NCBI GenBank assembly: GCA_964057225.1
Contig: OZ059896.1
Span: 22,258,001-22,322,000, forward strand
DNA: 64,000 nt
From: Auanema rhodensis
Lineage: Eukaryota > Animalia > Nematoda
Reading direction: 5' to 3'
The translations under genes were made by a program, and so were the position numbers. Shown here piece by piece: positions 56,701-64,000 of the stretch (position 1 is its first letter; the number at the start of each line of letters is the position of its first letter). Below the pieces are notes generated by a model. It ran no database searches. It was not told where the DNA came from and worked only from the letters and a program-made list of their open reading frames with translations.

Positions 56701-59700
56701 TGCTAAATTATTTCGAAATTTTTCGAAAAAATTTTTGTCAAAATGTTTTTGGAAGCAATGTTGAGTGTACATGGAAACTCAACATACACTAATGCATCAT
56801 TTTTCAAACGATCATAACTAATTTTTGTATTAAGTGTTTCTCAATGTAGTATAGTGCATTCGATGCGGATTTTTAAGCTGCGTCGATCTGTGTTATCAGA
56901 TTTGCGCTAGCTTAAAAATGCACCGAGATATCAACTGATATAAGTTCACACTTATATCCTCGATTTTCACCCTGAAGAAATACTTTTTCCGTTGAATAAC
57001 ATTGTCCATCGTCTTTGCCTTGAAAAAAGGAATCTAAAAACATCTACTTTTTGCTAAATTATTTCGAAATTTTTCGAAAAAATTTTTGTCAAAATGTTTT
57101 TGGAAGCAATGTTGAGTGTACATGGAAACTCAACATACACTAATGCATCATTTTTCAAACGATCATAACTAATTTTTGTATTAAGCGTTTCTCAATGTAG
57201 TATAGTGCATTCGATGCGGATTTTTAAGCTGCGTCGATCTCTGTTATCAGATTTGCGCTAGCTTAAAAATGCACCGAGATATCAACTGATATAAGTTCAC
57301 ACTTATATCCTCGATTTTCACCCTGAAGGAATAATTTTTTCGTTGAATAACATTGTCCATCGTCTTTGCTTTGAAAAATGGAATCTAAAAACATCTACTT
57401 TTTGCTAAATTATTTTGAAATTTTTCGAAAAAATTTTGTCAAAATGTTTTTGGAAGCAATGTTGAGTGTACATGGAAACTCAACATACACTAATGCATCA
57501 TTTTTCAAACGATCATAACTAATTTTTGTATTAAGCGTTTCTCAATGTAGTATAGTGCATTCGATGCGGATTTTTAAGCTGCGTCGATCTCTGTTATCAG
57601 ATTTGCGCTAGCTTAAAAATGCACCGAGATATCAACTGATATAAGTTCACTCTTATATCCTCGATTTTCACCCTGAAGAATTAATTTTTTCGTTGAATAA
57701 CATTGTCCATCGTCTTTGCCTTGAAAAATGGAATCTAAAAACATCTACTTTTTGCTAAATTATTTTGAAATTTTTCGAAAAAATTTTTGTCAAAATGTTT
57801 TTGGAAGCAATGTTGAGTGTACATGGAAACTCAACATACACTAATGCATCATTTTTCAAACGATCATAACTAATTTTTGTATTAAGCGTTTCTCAATGTA
57901 GTATAGTGCATTCGATGCGGATTTTTAAGCTGCGTCGATCTGTGTTATCAGATTTGCGCTAGCTTAAAAATGCACCGAGATATCAACTGATATAAGTTCA
58001 CACTTATATCCTCGATTTTCACCCTGAAGAAATAATTTTTCCGTTGAATAACATTGTCCATCGTCTTTGCCTTGAAAAAAGGAATCTAAAAACATCTACT
58101 TTTTGCTAAATTATTTCGAAATTTTTCGAAAAAATTTTTGTCAAAATGTTTTTGGAAGCAATGTTGAGTGTACATGGAAACTCAACATACACTAATGCAT
58201 CATTTTTCAAACGATCATAACTAATTTTTGTATTAAGCGTTTCTCAATGTAGTATAGTGCATTCGATGCGGATTTTTAAGCTGCGTCGATCTCTGTTATC
58301 AGATTTGCGCTAGCTTAAAAATGCACCGAGATATCAACTGATATAAGTTCACACTTATATCCTCGATTTTCACCCTGAAGAATTAATTTTTTCGTTGAAT
58401 AACATTGTCCATCGTCTTTGCCTTGAAAAAAGGAATCTAAAAACATCTACTTTTTGCTAAATTATTTCGAAATTTTTCGAAAAAATTTTTGTCAAAATGT
58501 TTTTGGAAGCAATGTTGAGTGTACATGGAAACTCAACATACACTAATGCATCATTTTTCAAACGATCATAACTAATTTTTGTATTAAGCGTTTCTCAATG
58601 TAGTATAGTGCATTCGATGCGGATTTTTAAGCTGCGTCGATCTGTGTTATCAGATTTGCGCTAGCTTAAAAATGCACCGAGATATCAACTGATATAAGTT
58701 CACACTTATATCCTCGATTTTCACCCTGAAGAAATAATTTTTCCGTTGAATAACATTGTCCATCGTCTTTGCCTTGAAAAAAGGAATCTAAAAACATCTA
58801 CTTTTTGCTAAATTATTTCGAAATTTTTCGAAAAAATTTTTGTCAAAATGTTTTTGGAAGCAATGTTGAGTGTACATGGAAACTCAACATACACTAATGC
58901 ATCATTTTTCAAACGATCATAACTAATTTTTGTATTAAGCGTTTCTCAATGTAGTATAGTGCATTCGATGCGGATTTTTAAGCTGCGTCGATCTCTGTTA
59001 TCAGATTTGCGCTAGCTTAAAAATGCACCGAGATATCAACTGATATAAGTTCACACTTATATCCTCGATTTTCACCCTGAAGAATTAATTTTTTCGTTGA
59101 ATAACATTGTCCATCGTCTTTGCCTTGAAAAATGGAATCTAAAAACATCTACTTTTTGCTAAATTATTTTGAAATTTTTCGAAAAAATTTTTGTCAAAAT
59201 GTTTTTGGAAGCAATGTTGAGTGTACATGGAAACTCAACATACACTAATGCATCATTTTTCAAACGATCATAACTAATTTTTGTATTAAGCGTTTCTCAA
59301 TGTAGTATAGTGCATTCGATGCGGATTTTTAAGCTGCGTCGATCTGTGTTATCAGATTTGCGCTAGCTTAAAAATGCACCGAGATATCAACTGATATAAG
59401 TTCACACTTATATCCTCGATTTTCACCCTGAAGAATTAATTTTTTCGTTGAATAACATTGTCCATCGTCTTTGCCTTGAAAAAAGGAATCTAAAAACATC
59501 TACTTTTTGCTAAATTATTTCGAAATTTTTCGAAAAAATTTTTGTCAAAATGTTTTTGGAAGCAATGTTGAGTGTACATGGAAACTCAACATACACTAAT
59601 GCATCATTTTTCAAACGATCATAACTAATTTTTGTATTAAGCGTTTCTCAATGTAGTATAGTGCATTCGATGCGGATTTTTAAGCTGCGTCGATCTGTGT

Positions 59701-62700
59701 TATCAGATTTGCGCTAGCTTAAAAATGCACCGAGATATCAACTGATATAAGTTCACACTTATATCCTCGATTTTCACCCTGAAGAAATAATTTTTCCGTT
59801 GAATAACATTGTCCATCGTCTTTGCCTTGAGAAAAGGAATCTAAAAACATCTACTTTTTGCTAAATTATTTCGAAATTTTTCGAAAAAATTTTTGTCAAA
59901 ATGTTTTTGGAAGCAATGTTGAGTGTACATGGAAACTCAACATACACTAATGCATCATTTTTCAAACGATCATAACTAATTTTTGTATTAAGCGTTTCTC
60001 AATGTAGTATAGTGCATTCGATGCGGATTTTTAAGCTGCGTCGATCTCTGTTATCAGATTTGCGCTAGCTTAAAAATGCACCGAGATATCAACTGATATA
60101 AGTTCACACTTATATCCTCGATTTTCACCCTGAAGGAATAATTTTTTCGTTGAATAACATTGTCCATCGTCTTTGCCTTGAAAAATGGAATCTAAAAACA
60201 TCTACTTTTTGCTAAATTATTTTGAAATTTTTCGAAAAAATTTTTGTCAAAATGTTTTTGGAAGCAATGTTGAGTGTACATGGAAACTCAACATACACTA
60301 ATGCATCATTTTTCAAACGATCATAACTAATTTTTGTATTAAGCGTTTCTCAATGTAGTATAGTGCATTCGATGCGGATTTTTAAGCTGCGTCGATCTGT
60401 GTTATCAGATTTGCGCTAGCTTAAAAATGCACCGAGATATCAACTGATATAAGTTCACACTTATATCCTCGATTTTCACCCTGAAGAATTAATTTTTTCG
60501 TTGAATAACATTGTCCATCGTCTTTGCCTTGAAAAAAGGAATCTAAAAACATCTACTTTTTGCTAAATTATTTCGAAATTTTTCGAAAAAATTTTTGTCA
60601 AAATGTTTTTGGAAGCAATGTTGAGTGTACATGGAAACTCAACATACACTAATGCATCATTTTTCAAACGATCATAACTAATTTTTGTATTAAGCGTTTC
60701 TCAATGTAGTATAGTGCATTCGATGCGGATTTTTAAGCTGCGTCGATCTCTGTTATCAGATTTGCGCTAGCTTAAAAATGCACCGAGATATCAACTGATA
60801 TAAGTTCACACTTATATCCTCGATTTTCACCCTGAAGGAATAATTTTTTCGTTGAATAACATTGTCCATCGTCTTTGCTTTGAAAAATGGAATCTAAAAA
60901 CATCTACTTTTTGCTAAATTATTTTGAAATTTTTCGAAAAAATTTTTGTCAAAATGTTTTTGGAAGCAATGTTGAGTGTACATGGAAACTCAACATACAC
61001 TAATGCATCATTTTTCAAACGATCATAACTAATTTTTGTATTAAGCGTTTCTCAATGTAGTATAGTGCATTCGATGCGGATTTTTAAGCTGCGTCGATCT
61101 GTGTTATCAGATTTGCGCTAGCTTAAAAATGCACCGAGATATCAACTGATATAAGTTCACACTTATATCCTCGATTTTCACCCTGAAGAAATATTTTTTC
61201 CGTTGAATAACATTGTCCATCGTCTTTGCCTTGAAAAAAGGAATCTAAAAACATCTACTTTTTGCTAAATTATTTCGAAATTTTTCGAAAAAATTTTTGT
61301 CAAAATGTTTTTGGAAGCAATGTTGAGTGTACATGGAAACTCAACATACACTAATGCATCATTTTTCAAACGATCATAACTAATTTTTGTATTAAGCGTT
61401 TCTCAATGTAGTATAGTGCATTCGATGCGGATTTTTAAGCTGCGTCGATCTCTGTTATCAGATTTGCGCTAGCTTAAAAATGCACCGAGATATCAACTGA
61501 TATAAGTTCACACTTATATCCTCGATTTTCACCCTGAAGAAATACTTTTTCCGTTGAATAACATTGTCCATCGTCTTTGCCTTGAAAAAAGGAATCTAAA
61601 AACATCTACTTTTTGCTAAATTATTTCGAAATTTTTCGAAAAAATTTTTGTCAAAATGTTTTTGGAAGCAATGTTGAGTGTACATGGAAACTCAACATAC
61701 ACTAATGCATCATTTTTCAAACGATCATAACTAATTTTTGTATTAAGCGTTTCTCAATGTAGTATAGTGCATTCGATGCGGATTTTTAAGCTGCGTCGAT
61801 CTCTGTTATCAGATTTGCGCTAGCTTAAAAATGCACCGAGATATCAACTGATATAAGTTCACACTTATATCCTCGATTTTCACCCTGAAGGAATAATTTT
61901 TTCGTTGAATAACATTGTCCATCGTCTTTGCCTTGAAAAAAGGAATCTAAAAACATCTACTTTTTGCTAAATTATTTTGAAATTTTTCGAAAAAATTTTT
62001 GTCAAAATGTTTTTGGAAGCAATGTTGAGTGTACATGGAAACTCAACATACACTAATGCATCATTTTTCAAACGATCATAACTAATTTTTGTATTAAGCG
62101 TTTTTCAATGTAGTATAGTGCATTCGATGCGGATTTTTAAGCTGCGTCGATCTGTGTTATCAGATTTGCGCTAGCTTAAAAATGCACCGAGATATCAACT
62201 GATATAAGTTCACACTTATATCCTCGATTTTCACCCTGAAGAAATATTTTTTCCGTTGAATAACATTGTCCATCGTCTTTGCCTTGAAAAAAGGAATCTA
62301 AAAACATCTACTTTTTGCTAAATTATTTCGAAATTTTTCGAAAAAATTTTTGTCAAAATGTTTTTGGAAGCAATGTTGAGTGTACATGGAAACTCAACAT
62401 ACACTAATGCATCATTTTTCAAACGATCATAACTAATTTTTGTATTAAGCGTTTCTCAATGTCGTATAGTGCATTCGATGCGGATTTTTAAGCTGCGTCG
62501 ATCTCTGTTATCAGATTTGCGCTAGCTTAAAAATGCACCGAGATATCAACTGATATAAGTTCACACTTATATCCTCGATTTTCACCCTGAAGAAATACTT
62601 TTTCCGTTGAATAACATTGTCCATCGTCTTTGCCTTGAAAAAAGGAATCTAAAAACATCTACTTTTTGCTAAATTATTCCGAAATTTTTCGAAAAAATTT

Positions 62701-64000
62701 TTGTCAAAATGTTTTTGGAAGCAATGTTGAGTGTACATGGAAACTCAACATACACTAATGCATCATTTTTCAAACGATCATAACTAATTTTTGTATTAAG
62801 CGTTTCTCAATGTAGTATAGTGCATTCGATGCGGATTTTTAAGCTGCGTCGATCTCTGTTATCAGATTTGCGCTAGCTTAAAAATGCACCGAGATATCAA
62901 CTGATATAAGTTCACACTTATATCCTCGATTTTCACCCTGAAGAAATACTTTTTCCGTTGAATAACATTGTCCATCGTCTTTGCCTTGAAAAAAGGAATC
63001 TAAAAACATCTACTTTTTGCTAAATTATTCCGAAATTTTTCGAAAAAATTTTTGTCAAAATGTTTTTGGAAGCAATGTTGAGTGTACATGGAAACTCAAC
63101 ATACACTAATGCATCATTTTTCAAACGATCATAACTAATTTTTGTATTAAGCGTTTCTCAATGTAGTATAGTGCATTCGATGCGGATTTTTAAACTGCGT
63201 CGATCTCTGTTATCAGATTTGCGCTAGCTTAAAAATGCACCGAGATATCAACTGATATAAGTTCACACTTATATCCTCGATTTTCACCCTGAAGGAATAA
63301 TTTTTTCGTTGAATAACATTGTCCATCGTCTTTGCCTTGAAAAAAGAAATCTAAAAACATCTACTTTTTGCTAAATTATTTTGAAATTTTTCGAAAAAAT
63401 TTTTGTCAAAATGTTTTTGGAAGCAATGTTGAGTGTACATGGAAACTCAACATACACTAATGCATCATTTTTCAAACGATCATAACTAATTTTTGTATTA
63501 AGCGTTTCTCAATGTAGTATAGTGCATTCGATGCGGATTTTTAAGCTGCGTCGATCTGTGTTATCAGATTTGCGCTAGCTTAAAAATGCACCGAGATATC
63601 AACTGATATAAGTTCACACATATATCCTCGATTTTCACCCTGAAGAATTAATTTTTTCGTTGAATAACATTGTCCATCGTCTTTGCCTTGAAAACTGGAA
63701 TCTAAAAACCTCTACTTTTTGCTAAATTATTTTGAAATTTTTCGAAAAAATTTTTGTCAAAATGTTTTTGGAAGCAATGTTGAGTGTACATGGAAACTCA
63801 ACATACACTAATGCATCATTTTTCAAACGATCATAACTAATTTTTGTATTAAGCGTTTCTCAATGTAGTATAGTGCATTCGATGCGGATTTTTAAGCTGC
63901 GTCGATCTGTGTTATCAGATTTGCGCTAGCTTGAAAATGCACCGAGATATCAACTGATATAAGTTCACACTTATATCCTCGATTTTCACCCTGAAGAAAT
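53701..64000. repeat. Sequence domain 3 (T121A+T130C, A119G+T121A, T169A, T206C)
   Basis: GAAATAATTTTTCCG first appears in the copy at 53701 and GAAGGAATAATTTTTTCG in the copy at 56158. These types dominate to the window end. Confidence 0.8.

Larger units (their letters stand above)
1..64000. repeat. 351-bp tandem satellite DNA array, ~182.3 copies, head-to-tail, running off both window ends
   Basis: TCGATGCGGATTTTTAAGCT-type starts recur at 1, 352, 703, 1054, 1405, 1756, 2106, 2457, 2807 ... 4211, 7721, 11231 ... 49841, 53350, 53701, 57211, 57561, 61071, 63879. The period is 351 bp except for four 350-bp copies (63879 = 1 + 182x351 - 4). No non-repeat sequence was seen. Confidence 0.99.

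Noticed and set aside
1-64000. CRISPR array or repeat-spacer/cassette system
   Set aside because: There are no unique spacers or cassettes: the whole 351 bp repeats. No cas, integrase or recombinase genes are present.

Overview
The whole 64 kb window is one uninterrupted head-to-tail tandem array (satellite DNA) of an AT-rich (~31% GC by hand count) 351-bp monomer. It holds 182 complete copies plus a 122-bp partial copy, all in the same orientation, each differing from consensus by only a few substitutions. There are four single-base deletions and no insertions, spacers, transposons or genes. The two 63-aa ORFs are chance read-throughs of a stop codon present in nearly all other copies. I cannot assign the satellite to a named family or species; retained CpGs fit a eukaryote that does not heavily methylate it. 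Three kinds of structure are visible. (1) The monomer is packed with dyad symmetries. (2) Many variants convert imperfect palindromes into perfect ones, suggesting templated (template-switch) mutagenesis. (3) Variant typing reveals local higher-order repeats (2-, 3-, 5-, 6-, ~12- and 15-mers) and three successive sequence domains. 'Monomer position' counts from TCGATGCGG, so it equals the window coordinate in copy 1. All typing was done by eye. I found no evidence of a new gene-encoded system.
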